From Ruegeria sp. (GTDB lineage Bacteria; Pseudomonadota; Alphaproteobacteria; Rhodobacterales; Rhodobacteraceae), in contig NZ_JBFOMD010000004.1 in assembly GCF_040830605.1 (NCBI RefSeq), positions 58,928-122,927 of the forward strand: a DNA stretch of 64,000 nt, in the 5' to 3' direction. The position numbers were made by a program, and so were the translations under genes. Positions 1-9,234 of the stretch are shown here, in pieces (the first letter of the stretch is position 1; each line of letters begins with the position of its first letter). Under the pieces are notes generated by a model, which saw nothing but the letters and a program-made list of their open reading frames with translations, made no database searches and was not told where the DNA came from.

Positions 1-114
1 CGGTTGGCCCCTAACGGGTTTTGAACGTGGGGGCAAGTTGCACGGATTGACGCGGTGGGGGAAATGGGCTGAAACGGTTGCAACGACACAAGGATTGGTT
101 GAGAGGCGGTTTCG

Positions 115-885
115 ATGCTGGGATTGGAGATTTTCGTGCATTCCGTGAGGATGGTTCTGAGGAACCTCAAACAGGCACTGCAGATATCGGTGGTTCCGGC
201 GCTGATCGGCGGTGTGCTGGTTTTTGGCCTGTTCTATCTCTTCGACATTCCTTTCGAAGATTTTGACAGTGGAACAACCGGGTTCCCCGCGGGCGTAACG
301 TCCGGTTCGCTGGCCATGTTCCTTGTATGTGTGCTGGCTGTTGCGATGATCGTCGTCTTCTGGATCGTGGTGTCCTGGCACCGTTTCGTGTTGCTGGAAG
401 AATATCCCTCGGGCGTGCTGCCGCCGTTCAGGTTTGATCGCATTCTCGCCTATTTCGGGCGCGTTCTTCTTCTGGGTATTCTGGCCATCATCGTCATGTT
501 GCCTGCGTCGCTCATCTCTGGCGGAGTAATGCAGGCGTCCGTTGTCATCGGATTTGTGTTTTGGATCGTGATGGTGGCGTTTCTGTGGATCGGGTTTTAT
601 CGCCTGTCGCCGATGCTTCCCGGTGCGGCAATCGGAAAGCCTGTGACGCTGCCCGAGGCCTGGCAGGCGACCGCTGGCGTCAATGGTCAAATCCTGTTGC
701 TTGTGATCCTGTCCCTGATGTTTCAGTTCCTGATGCAGTTTCTGGCCGGTTTGCTGATGTTCATCCCGATTGTAGGGTTGATCGTCGTCATTCTGCTGGT
801 GATGCTGATCCTGCCGCTGATCAATGTCAGCATTCTGACCACGATGTACGGCGTCTTCATCGAGAAACGCGATCTGGCGCGGTAG
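115..885 (+). CDS. Integral membrane protein of unknown function
   Basis: 256-aa ORF with about 6 hydrophobic segments and a WHRFVLLEE motif; GAGAGG upstream of ATG. Confidence 0.8.
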   Translation: MLGLEIFVHSVRMVLRNLKQALQISVVPALIGGVLVFGLFYLFDIPFEDFDSGTTGFPAGVTSGSLAMFLVCVLAVAMIVVFWIVVSWHRFVLLEEYPSGVLPPFRFDRILAYFGRVLLLGILAIIVMLPASLISGGVMQASVVIGFVFWIVMVAFLWIGFYRLSPMLPGAAIGKPVTLPEAWQATAGVNGQILLLVILSLMFQFLMQFLAGLLMFIPIVGLIVVILLVMLILPLINVSILTTMYGVFIEKRDLAR

Positions 886-934
886 ACATATGTATTCCTT
901 GCCACTTGGGCCGTGATACGTCACTGACACCGGC

Positions 935-2161
935 ATGAGCGATTTCGAGACCCGCGCCCGCGCCGCCGAAGAGGCGATGCGCACCGTTTTTCCCGTGACG
1001 CCGTTGCAGCGCAACGCGCATCTGTCCGCGCGGTATGGCGCCGATATCTGGCTCAAGCGCGAGGATCTGAGCCCCGTGCGCTCCTACAAGATCCGGGGCG
1101 CGTTCAATGCCATGCGCAAGCAGCCGGAGCAGGATCTGTTCGTCTGCGCCAGCGCGGGCAATCACGCGCAGGGTGTGGCGTTCATGTGCAAGCACCTGGG
1201 CGTCAGGGGCGTGATCTTCATGCCGGTGACCACGCCGCAGCAGAAGATCCAGAAGACCCGGATGTTCGGTGGCGAGCAGGTCGAGATTCACCTGACCGGC
1301 GACTATTTCGACGACACGCTGGCGGCGGCGCAAAGCTGGTGCGCCGCGCAAGGCGGTCATTTCCTGTCGCCGTTTGACGATGCCGATGTGATCGAAGGAC
1401 AGGCCTCGCTGGCCGTCGAGATTGAGGCGCAATTGGGCCGGGTGCCGGATCATGTGGTGTTGCCAGTGGGCGGCGGGGGCATGTCCGCGGGCGTGGCGCA
1501 GTGGTTCGGGGATCGAACCCATTGTCTGTTCGTGGAACCGGCGGGCGGAGCCTGTCTGCGCGCGGCGCTGGCGGCGGGGCATCCGGTGGCGCTGGACCAT
1601 GTGGACACCTTTGTCGATGGCGCGGCGGTGGGACGGATCGGGGACAAGCCGTTCGAGCTGCTCAAGACCCGGCATCTGTCGGATGTGCTGACGCTCTCCG
1701 AGGACCGGATCTGCGCCACCATGATCGAGATGCTGAATGTCGAGGGCATAGTGCTGGAGCCCGCCGGCGCGCTGGCCGTCGAGGCGGTGGCGGATGTGCA
1801 AAGCTTCATCCGGGGCAAGACGGTGGTGTGTGTCACCTCGGGCGGCAATTTCGATTTCGAACGCCTGCCCGAGGTCAAGGAGCGCGCGCAGCGCTATTCC
1901 GGGGTCAAGAAATACCTGATCCTGCGGCTGCCGCAGCGGCCCGGCGCGCTAAAGGAATTCTTGGGGATTCTGGGGCCTGACGACGATATTGCCCGGTTCG
2001 AGTACATGAAGAAATCGGCCCGGAATTTCGGCTCGGTGCTGATTGGGATCGAAACCAGCAAGCCCGAGAACTTCGTGCGCCTCTTTGCGCATCTGGACGA
2101 TGCCGGGTTCACCTATACCGACATCACCGAGGATGAGACGCTGGCACAGTTCGTGATCTGA
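935..2161 (+). CDS. ilvA: Threonine ammonia-lyase (short form, one ACT domain)
   Basis: KREDLSPVRSYKIRGA PLP-lysine motif, SAGNHAQG, VGGGG, C-terminal PQRPGAL. Confidence 0.95.
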   Translation: MSDFETRARAAEEAMRTVFPVTPLQRNAHLSARYGADIWLKREDLSPVRSYKIRGAFNAMRKQPEQDLFVCASAGNHAQGVAFMCKHLGVRGVIFMPVTTPQQKIQKTRMFGGEQVEIHLTGDYFDDTLAAAQSWCAAQGGHFLSPFDDADVIEGQASLAVEIEAQLGRVPDHVVLPVGGGGMSAGVAQWFGDRTHCLFVEPAGGACLRAALAAGHPVALDHVDTFVDGAAVGRIGDKPFELLKTRHLSDVLTLSEDRICATMIEMLNVEGIVLEPAGALAVEAVADVQSFIRGKTVVCVTSGGNFDFERLPEVKERAQRYSGVKKYLILRLPQRPGALKEFLGILGPDDDIARFEYMKKSARNFGSVLIGIETSKPENFVRLFAHLDDAGFTYTDITEDETLAQFVI

Positions 2162-2164
2162 ACC

Positions 2165-2491
2165 TCAGATGTGCTGCGTAAGCCTGGCCTGAAACTCGGA
2201 CCGGGAGGCGTGGAAGCTGCCGATGATTTGGTCCAGATCGACGGTCTCCGCCTGACCGGCGGCGGAGGCGCGCTCGCCGTCCTGGCACAGTTTCGAGAAC
2301 TCCTGAAACCCCAGGCTCAGCGCGCTGCCCTTGAGGAAATGCAGGTTGCGTTCCAGATCCGCGCGGCCGGTGTCGGCGCGCACACGTGCGATCACCTCAT
2401 CGACCTCTTCCAGAAAGATCTCGACCACCTCGCCGAAATCCTCGGCTCCGACCTCGTCATGCAATTGTGTGACCCTTGGCCAGTCGATCAT
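2165..2491 (-). CDS. Stand-alone Hpt (histidine phosphotransfer) protein
   Basis: LHFLKGSALSLG Hpt signature; start moved to MIDW (2491). Confidence 0.9.
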   Translation of the reverse strand: MIDWPRVTQLHDEVGAEDFGEVVEIFLEEVDEVIARVRADTGRADLERNLHFLKGSALSLGFQEFSKLCQDGERASAAGQAETVDLDQIIGSFHASRSEFQARLTQHI

Positions 2492-2541
2492 GAAGCACCT
2501 CACACACTCCGCCCGCTCACTCTTTGGTAGGGGTTTGGAGG

Positions 2542-2602
2542 TAAACGCAGGGTTAAGCGGCGTGGAAAGTTGGTTTGAGTTTTAGATTTCACAGGATGTT
2601 AA
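2542..2602. promoter_or_regulatory. Two near-consensus CtrA boxes in the divergent intergenic region
   Basis: TAAA-N7-TTAA at 2542-2556 and TTCA-N7-TTAA at 2588-2602, against the consensus TTAA-N7-TTAA. Confidence 0.5.
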
Positions 2603-2660
2603 GGGCAGGCGCCTAGCGTCGTCCGCGCTCAGTTATGAGCGGACAACAGGGAAGTACAAG

Positions 2661-3932
2661 GTGTTGCAGGGTAACAGCGTGGAGGCCGAGCCGGAGCAGG
2701 GATTTGGCGCCATCCGAAAGGCGCTGGTCGTGGACGACAGCCGCCTGCAACGCCGGATTCTGGTGGGCTCGCTACGGAAATGGGGATTCGAGGTGATCGA
2801 GGCCGACAGCGGGCAGGCCGCGATGGAGATCTGCGCCGAAAACCCGCCCGACCTGGTGCTGAGCGACTGGGTGATGCCGGGGATGAGCGGGCTGGAATTC
2901 TGCAAGGCGTTCCGTGCCGGTGAGACGAATCACTATGCCTATTTCATCCTGCTGACCTCCAAGAGCGAAAAGAACGAGGTCGCACAGGGGCTGGACGCGG
3001 GGGCGGACGATTTCCTGATCAAGCCGGTCAGCGCCGATGAGCTGCGCGCGCGTATCTCGGCGGGCGCGCGCATTCTGGGCATGCAGCGCGAGCTGTCGGA
3101 CAAGAACCGGCTGATCGAGCAGGCGCTGGATGAGTTGAAGTTGGCGCATGATGCCATCGACAAGGACCTGATGCAGGCGCGCAAGATCCAGGATTCCCTG
3201 GTGCCGGAACTCACGCGCGACTTCGGCGCGTCCCGGGTCAGCCTGCTGCTGAAACCCTGCGGGCATATCGGCGGCGATCTGGTGGGCATGTTCTCACCCG
3301 GCGTGAACCGGCTGGGGTTCTACAGCATCGACGTCTCGGGCCATGGCATCACCTCGGCGATGATGACCGCGCGGCTGGGGGGGTACCTGTCCAGCACCTA
3401 TTTCGATCAGAACGTCGCCATGGAAAAACGGTTCAACCGTTTCTACGCCCTGCTGCCGCCCGAGGAGGTGGCGGCGACCCTCAATTCCCGCCTGATCGCC
3501 GATACCGGGATCGAGGAATATTTCACTATGGTCTACGCCATCGTCGATCTGCGCAACGGCCATTTGAAGATGGTGCAGGCGGGGCATCCGCACCCGCTGG
3601 TTCTGCGCCGTGACGGGCGGGCCGAGTTTCTGGGGGAAGGCGGGGTGCCCATCGGTCTGCTGCCGGATATCCCCTATCAGCGGGTCGATACCTATCTGGA
3701 GCCGGGCGACCGGTTGCTGCTCTATTCCGATGGATTTACCGAATGCCGTCTGGCCAATGGCGAGATGCTGGAACCCGAGGGGCTGCTGGATCTGGTGCGC
3801 GGCTGTGATGCGGGCCGTGGCGGGCAGGAGTTTCTGGACGATCTGTTCTGGCGCCTGACCCAGATCATGTCGCCGGAACACGGGCTTGAGGATGACGTGT
3901 CAGCCACCTTCTTTGAATATAACGGGGCCTGA
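2661..3932 (+). CDS. Response regulator receiver + SpoIIE/PP2C phosphatase (RbaY/RsbU-like)
   Basis: REC domain (VVDD, SDWVMPGMSG, KP), then GGD, DVSGHG, AGH, YSDG and DD PP2C motifs. Confidence 0.92.
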   Translation: MLQGNSVEAEPEQGFGAIRKALVVDDSRLQRRILVGSLRKWGFEVIEADSGQAAMEICAENPPDLVLSDWVMPGMSGLEFCKAFRAGETNHYAYFILLTSKSEKNEVAQGLDAGADDFLIKPVSADELRARISAGARILGMQRELSDKNRLIEQALDELKLAHDAIDKDLMQARKIQDSLVPELTRDFGASRVSLLLKPCGHIGGDLVGMFSPGVNRLGFYSIDVSGHGITSAMMTARLGGYLSSTYFDQNVAMEKRFNRFYALLPPEEVAATLNSRLIADTGIEEYFTMVYAIVDLRNGHLKMVQAGHPHPLVLRRDGRAEFLGEGGVPIGLLPDIPYQRVDTYLEPGDRLLLYSDGFTECRLANGEMLEPEGLLDLVRGCDAGRGGQEFLDDLFWRLTQIMSPEHGLEDDVSATFFEYNGA

Positions 3933-3941
3933 AGACCACGG

Positions 3942-4388
3942 TTAAAGACCCATGGCGTGCAGCCGGGTGAAATGCCGGTCGCCGGGATTGCCCAGGGCCT
4001 CGACCGCCACGGCGGCGTCCATCCACAGCGCCTCGTGAAACGATTCGCTCGGCGGACCCAGAGGCCGGACCGGGTGGGCGCGGTAGATCAGGCAGATCTT
4101 TTCGGCCCAGAGGTCGTATTCCGGCATATAGGCAAAGCGGCGGAACGTCCCAACACGTCGGGGATTTGCAATCAGCCAGCCGGTTTCCTCGAACACTTCG
4201 CGGTGCAAAGCGGTGATCGGCGATTCGCCCGGGTCGATGCCACCGCCGGGCAATTGCAGCTCGGGGTTCAGCCCGTCATCGTACCAGGTCAGCAGCAGCG
4301 AGCCCCCGCGCGGCAGCAGAACATAGGCCCCGGGACGCCGCGTGTAAGCCCGGCCCGGTTGGGGGCTTTCACCGAAACGCCTGATCAT
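3942..4388 (-). CDS. NUDIX hydrolase
   Basis: GGGIDPGESPITALHREVFEETG Nudix box. Confidence 0.9.
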   Translation of the reverse strand: MIRRFGESPQPGRAYTRRPGAYVLLPRGGSLLLTWYDDGLNPELQLPGGGIDPGESPITALHREVFEETGWLIANPRRVGTFRRFAYMPEYDLWAEKICLIYRAHPVRPLGPPSESFHEALWMDAAVAVEALGNPGDRHFTRLHAMGL

Positions 4389-4464
4389 GTATGGCCCCTT
4401 TCAACCCGAACTCTTCGACTTATATGGTGGCGGTATGCCAACCCGTGGCGTGTAAGGAAACCCC

Positions 4465-5451
4465 ATGTCTCTTGGAACGAAAATCGCGTGGGACGATACC
4501 GTCCTGCCCTTTCAGCTTGACGCAACCGACATGCGTGGCCGGGTGGCCCGTCTGGACGGTGTGCTGGACGGCATCCTGAAACAGCACGACTATCCGGCGC
4601 AGGTTGAGGCGCTGGTGGCCGAAATGGCGCTGTTGACGGCGCTGATCGGTCAGACCATCTCCTTGCGCTGGAAATTGTCGCTGCAGGTGCAGTCCAAGGG
4701 CGCGGTGCGGATGATCGCCACCGATTACTACGCGCCGCGGGAAGAGGGGCAGCCTGCCCAGATCCGCGCCTATGCGAGCTTTGACCACGAGCGTCTGACC
4801 GACGGTGCGCCGTTCGATCAGGTGGGCGAAGGGTATTTCGCGATCCTGATCGATCAGGGCAAGGACACCCAGCCGTATCAGGGCATCACGCCGCTGGACG
4901 GAGGTTCGCTGCGCGCCTGTGCCGAGGCCTATTTCGCCCAGTCCGAGCAGTTGCCGACCCGGTTCGCCCTGAGCTTTGGTAAGTCCACCGAGCCGGGCGT
5001 GGACGAGCATTGGCGCGCGGGCGGGATCATGTTGCAGCACATGCCCAAGGCGTCACCGTTCGTTGCTTCGGGCGACGGCGGCGGAGAGATCCTCAGCGCC
5101 GCCGATCTGGTCGATGGCGAAGAGGGCGAGAACTGGAACCGCGTCAACATCCTTCTGGATACGGTCGAGGATCTGGAACTGATCGGCCCGTCGGTGCAGC
5201 CCACCGACCTGCTGGTGCGCCTGTTTCACGAGGAACAGCCCCGTGTCTATGACGCGCAGAGTGTGCAGTTCGGCTGCACCTGTTCCGAGGACCGCGTGCG
5301 GCAGAGCCTGTCGATCTATTCGGCGGGTGACATCGAGAAGATGACCACGCCCGAAGGCACCGTGACTGCCGATTGCCAGTTCTGCGGCGCCCATTACGTG
5401 CTGGACCCCAAGTCGGTCGGTTTCGACGCCGAGCAGACGGGCGGTGCGTGA
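4465..5451 (+). CDS. hslO: Hsp33 redox-regulated chaperone
   Basis: YFAQSEQLPT, CTCS and CQFC zinc-switch motifs. Confidence 0.93.
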   Translation: MSLGTKIAWDDTVLPFQLDATDMRGRVARLDGVLDGILKQHDYPAQVEALVAEMALLTALIGQTISLRWKLSLQVQSKGAVRMIATDYYAPREEGQPAQIRAYASFDHERLTDGAPFDQVGEGYFAILIDQGKDTQPYQGITPLDGGSLRACAEAYFAQSEQLPTRFALSFGKSTEPGVDEHWRAGGIMLQHMPKASPFVASGDGGGEILSAADLVDGEEGENWNRVNILLDTVEDLELIGPSVQPTDLLVRLFHEEQPRVYDAQSVQFGCTCSEDRVRQSLSIYSAGDIEKMTTPEGTVTADCQFCGAHYVLDPKSVGFDAEQTGGA

Positions 5452-6040
5452 TCCGATAGCAGATCTGACGGCGGCACTGGGCCGTCCGGGGAACGGGTCG
5501 AGCGATTTCGACCTCAACCCGGACACGGTGCTGCCCGAGGGGCGCAAGCTGCGCCCCGCCGGGGTGCTGGTGCCGATCTCTCTGACCGGTGACGCGCCGC
5601 GATTGATCCTGACCAAGCGGTCGTCGGCTTTGAAGCATCATCCGGGCCAGATCGCCTTTCCCGGCGGCAAGCAGGATCAGGGCGATGCGGATGTGACCGC
5701 CACCGCCCTGCGCGAGGCGCAGGAGGAAATCGGCCTGCCACCGAACCTGCCGCGTATCCTCGGCCATCTGCCCGCGCATGAAACGGTGACCTCGTTTACC
5801 GTCACGCCGGTCGTTGCCATTCTGGACCAAGCTTTTGATCCGGTGCCCGAACCGGGCGAGGTCGAAGAGGTGTTCTCGGTCCCGCTGAGCCATGTGTTGA
5901 ATCCCGACAACTACATTGTAGAGTCGCGGCGTTGGCGAGGGCAGCGGCGGTACTATTTCACCGTGCCGTTCGGGCCCTATTACATATGGGGAGCCACCGC
6001 GCGAATGCTGCGGGGGCTGGCGGCACGGATGGCGGGATGA
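5444..6040 (+). CDS. CoA pyrophosphatase (NudL-type Nudix)
   Basis: LTKRSSALKHHPGQIAFPGG, ALREAQEEIG, IWGATA. Confidence 0.9.
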   Translation: MRDPIADLTAALGRPGNGSSDFDLNPDTVLPEGRKLRPAGVLVPISLTGDAPRLILTKRSSALKHHPGQIAFPGGKQDQGDADVTATALREAQEEIGLPPNLPRILGHLPAHETVTSFTVTPVVAILDQAFDPVPEPGEVEEVFSVPLSHVLNPDNYIVESRRWRGQRRYYFTVPFGPYYIWGATARMLRGLAARMAG

Positions 6041-7197
6041 GGCGAATTATCGACGGATGGGTGACCCATCCCGCAACGCAACAGATCTGCGCGGCGCTGA
6101 CGGCGGATGGGGCACAGGCCCTGTTCGTGGGCGGTTGCGTGCGCAACGCGCTGCTGGGGGCCAGTGTCGCCGATATCGACATCACCACCGACGCCCGACC
6201 CGAACGGGTGATGCAACTGGCCGAGGCGGCGGGCATCAAGGCGGTGCCCACGGGCATCGAGCATGGCACCGTCACGCTGGTGCAGGACGGCATCCCGCAT
6301 GAGGTCACCACCTTTCGCCGCGATGTGGAAACAGATGGCCGCCGTGCCGTCGTGGCCTTTGCCGACACCATCGAAGAGGATGCGGCGCGGCGCGACTTCA
6401 CCATGAACGCACTTTACGCCCGCCCAGACGGCACGGTGCTGGACCCGCTGAACGGGTTGCCGGATCTTGAGGCGCGCCGGGTCCGGTTCATCGGCGAAGC
6501 GCAGGACCGTATTCGTGAGGATTACCTGCGTTCGCTGCGCTATTTCCGGTTTCATGCGTGGTATGGCGACGAAGAGGCTGGGTTCGACGCCGACGCTTTG
6601 GCCGCCATTGCCGAAAATCTCGACGGGCTGTCCACGCTCTCGCGAGAGCGTGTGGGGGCCGAGCTGCTGAAACTCCTCGGCGCGCCGGACCCGGCGCCGT
6701 CAGTGGCGGCGATGCGTTCGACCGGGGTGCTGGCGCAATTGCTGCCGGGGGCCGATGACCGGGCGCTGGCGCCGCTGATCGCGATCGAGGCGGAGGCCGG
6801 GGCAGAGATCGACCCGATCCGCCGTCTGGCTGCGATCACCGATCCCGAGGCCGCCGCCACCCTGCGTCTGAGCCGGGCCCAGATGCAGCGGCTGACGCGC
6901 ATGCGCGAGGATGCGACCGGGTCCTCTGGCGCCGCCGAACTCGGCTATCGGCATGGGGTCGAGGATGGGTTGGATGGCCTGCTTCTTCGCGGCGCATTCT
7001 TTGAACAGCCATGGCAGCCGGACCTGTCTGAACAGCTTACGCATGGGGCCGAGGTGGAATTCCCCATCGCGGCCCAGGACCTGATCCCCGACTACACCGG
7101 TCCGGCGCTGGGCGCGAAACTGGCCGAGTTAGAGACGAAATGGATCGCGTCGGACTTTACCCTGACGCGCGACGAATTGCTAAAATCAGGCGCCTGA
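6037..7197 (+). CDS. cca: CCA tRNA nucleotidyltransferase
   Basis: VGGCVRN, DIDITT, EVTTFR, RRDFTMNAL, EDYLRSLR; start at the ATGA overlap (6037). Confidence 0.9.
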   Translation: MRRIIDGWVTHPATQQICAALTADGAQALFVGGCVRNALLGASVADIDITTDARPERVMQLAEAAGIKAVPTGIEHGTVTLVQDGIPHEVTTFRRDVETDGRRAVVAFADTIEEDAARRDFTMNALYARPDGTVLDPLNGLPDLEARRVRFIGEAQDRIREDYLRSLRYFRFHAWYGDEEAGFDADALAAIAENLDGLSTLSRERVGAELLKLLGAPDPAPSVAAMRSTGVLAQLLPGADDRALAPLIAIEAEAGAEIDPIRRLAAITDPEAAATLRLSRAQMQRLTRMREDATGSSGAAELGYRHGVEDGLDGLLLRGAFFEQPWQPDLSEQLTHGAEVEFPIAAQDLIPDYTGPALGAKLAELETKWIASDFTLTRDELLKSGA

Positions 7198-7278
7198 AAC
7201 AGGGCTGAAAATTTCCGGGGTGACAAATCCCTCCGTTTTTGGCTACCTTGCGCACGCAACATGTACGGAGGGATGCGA

Positions 7279-7305
7279 ATGTACTACGGGATCTGGTTCA
7301 GCTGA
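7279..7305 (+). CDS. Putative leader peptide MYYGIWFS (in-frame ATGs at 7261 and 7273 give MYGGMRMYYGIWFS or MRMYYGIWFS)
   Basis: GGAGGG at 7267-7272 is 6 nt before ATG 7279; TGA at 7303-7305; lies upstream of the ABC exporter pair. Confidence 0.45.
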   Translation: MYYGIWFS

Positions 7306-7395
7306 GGCTGGGATCATCGACCCGTTCTGGGGTGGTGTCCCTGCGCCGCCTTCTTCGCATTTCCAAAAACGACCCGCTCAATTGGAGCAACCGTC

Positions 7396-9234
7396 ATGTT
7401 TCGTTACTTCGAAAATCTTGTAGACCCCTTTGTCACCTATCCTGAGGTCGACGCCCCGCCGACACGGCTTTGGCCGTTCATGCTGGAGTATTCCCGGCCC
7501 TTCATGCGCGTCTTTTTCTGGGCTGCGCTGATTTCGGTGATCGTGGCGGCGGTTGAGATCGGGCTGATCTACTACATGGGCCGGGTGGTTGACCTGCTGG
7601 GCGGTACTCCGTCCGAGGTCTGGTCCAATCACGGGACCGAGCTGATCCTGCTGGCGGTCTTTGTCCTGCTGCTGCGGCCCATGCTGCATATCGTGGACGT
7701 GCTGCTGCTGAACAACGCGATTCTGCCGAACTTTGGCACGCTGATCCGGTGGCGCGCGCATAAGCATGTGCTGCGGCAGTCGGTGGGCTGGTTCGAGAAT
7801 GATTTTGCCGGGCGCATCGCCAACCGGATCATGCAGACACCCCCTGCCGCCGGTGAAGTGATCTTTCAGGTCTTCGATGCGATTTCCTTCTCGCTGGCCT
7901 ATCTGATCGGCGCAGCGGTGCTGCTGATGGCGGCGGATATCCGGCTGCTGGTGCCGCTGCTGATCTGGTTTGCGCTTTATGCCGTTCTGGTGCGCTGGAC
8001 GATCCAGCGGGTGGGCCCGGCGTCGCAGGCGGCCTCCGATGCCCGCTCGACCGTGACGGGGCGGGTGGTGGACAGCTACACCAACATCCACTCAGTCAAG
8101 ATGTTCGCACATAACGATCATGAGCTGGCCTATGCCAAGGAAGCCATCGAGGCAACGCGGCGCACATTCCAGGTCGAGATGCGGATCTTCACCATCATGG
8201 ATGCCGCCCTGGTCACGCTGAACGGCGTGCTGATCGTGGGGGTGGTCGGCTGGGCCATCGCGCTGTGGATGCAGGGGCAGGCCTCGGTCGGTGCGGTGGC
8301 GGCGGCGACGGCGCTGACGCTGCGACTGAACGCCATGACCGGCTGGATCATGTGGGCACTGACCACCTTTTTCCGCCAGCTCGGCGTGGTGGCCGAGGGG
8401 ATGGAGACCATTGCCCAGCCCATTGATCTGGTGGACGGAAAAACCGCGAAACCGCTGCGCCTGACCGAGGGCCGGATCGAGCTGCGCGAGCTGTCGCACC
8501 ATTACGGGCGCGAGGCGGGCGGTCTGGACCGCATCAGCCTGACCATCAAGCCGGGCGAAAAGATCGGTCTGATCGGGCGCTCGGGTGCCGGTAAATCGAC
8601 CCTGGTCAAGCTGCTTTTGCGGTTCTACGACGCCGAACGCGGCGCGATCCTGATCGACGGGCAGGACATCCGCGCGGTGACGCAGGATTCCTTGCGCAGC
8701 CATATCGGCATGGTCCAGCAGGACAGTGCGCTGCTGCACCGCTCGGTCCGCGACAACATCCTCTATGGCCGTCCCGACGCCACCGAGGCGCAGATGATCG
8801 CCGCCGCCAAACAGGCCGAGGCGCATGAGTTCATTCTGGATTTGGCCGACCCCGAAGGCCGCACCGGCTATGACGCCCATGTGGGCGAGCGCGGTGTGAA
8901 ACTCTCGGGCGGTCAGCGGCAGCGGGTGACGCTGGCGCGGGTGATCCTGAAGGACGCGCCGATCCTGCTCTTGGATGAGGCGACATCTGCCCTAGATTCC
9001 GAGGTCGAGGCCGCCATTCAGGACACGCTTTACGGCATGATGCAGGGCAAGACAGTGATCGCGATCGCGCACCGGCTCAGCACCATTGCCCAGATGGACC
9101 GTATTCTGGTCATGGATCAGGGCCGCATCGTCGAGCAGGGGGCGCATGCCGAATTGCTGGCCCATGGCGGGCTTTACGCCCAGTTCTGGGCGCGGCAGTC
9201 CGGCGGCTTCCTGAACCCGGAGGCTGCTGAATGA
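7396..9234 (+). CDS. ABC exporter, fused permease/ATPase, subunit 1
   Basis: TM domain plus GRSGAGKST, LSGGQRQR, LLLDEATSALD, IAHRLST. Confidence 0.93.
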   Translation: MFRYFENLVDPFVTYPEVDAPPTRLWPFMLEYSRPFMRVFFWAALISVIVAAVEIGLIYYMGRVVDLLGGTPSEVWSNHGTELILLAVFVLLLRPMLHIVDVLLLNNAILPNFGTLIRWRAHKHVLRQSVGWFENDFAGRIANRIMQTPPAAGEVIFQVFDAISFSLAYLIGAAVLLMAADIRLLVPLLIWFALYAVLVRWTIQRVGPASQAASDARSTVTGRVVDSYTNIHSVKMFAHNDHELAYAKEAIEATRRTFQVEMRIFTIMDAALVTLNGVLIVGVVGWAIALWMQGQASVGAVAAATALTLRLNAMTGWIMWALTTFFRQLGVVAEGMETIAQPIDLVDGKTAKPLRLTEGRIELRELSHHYGREAGGLDRISLTIKPGEKIGLIGRSGAGKSTLVKLLLRFYDAERGAILIDGQDIRAVTQDSLRSHIGMVQQDSALLHRSVRDNILYGRPDATEAQMIAAAKQAEAHEFILDLADPEGRTGYDAHVGERGVKLSGGQRQRVTLARVILKDAPILLLDEATSALDSEVEAAIQDTLYGMMQGKTVIAIAHRLSTIAQMDRILVMDQGRIVEQGAHAELLAHGGLYAQFWARQSGGFLNPEAAE

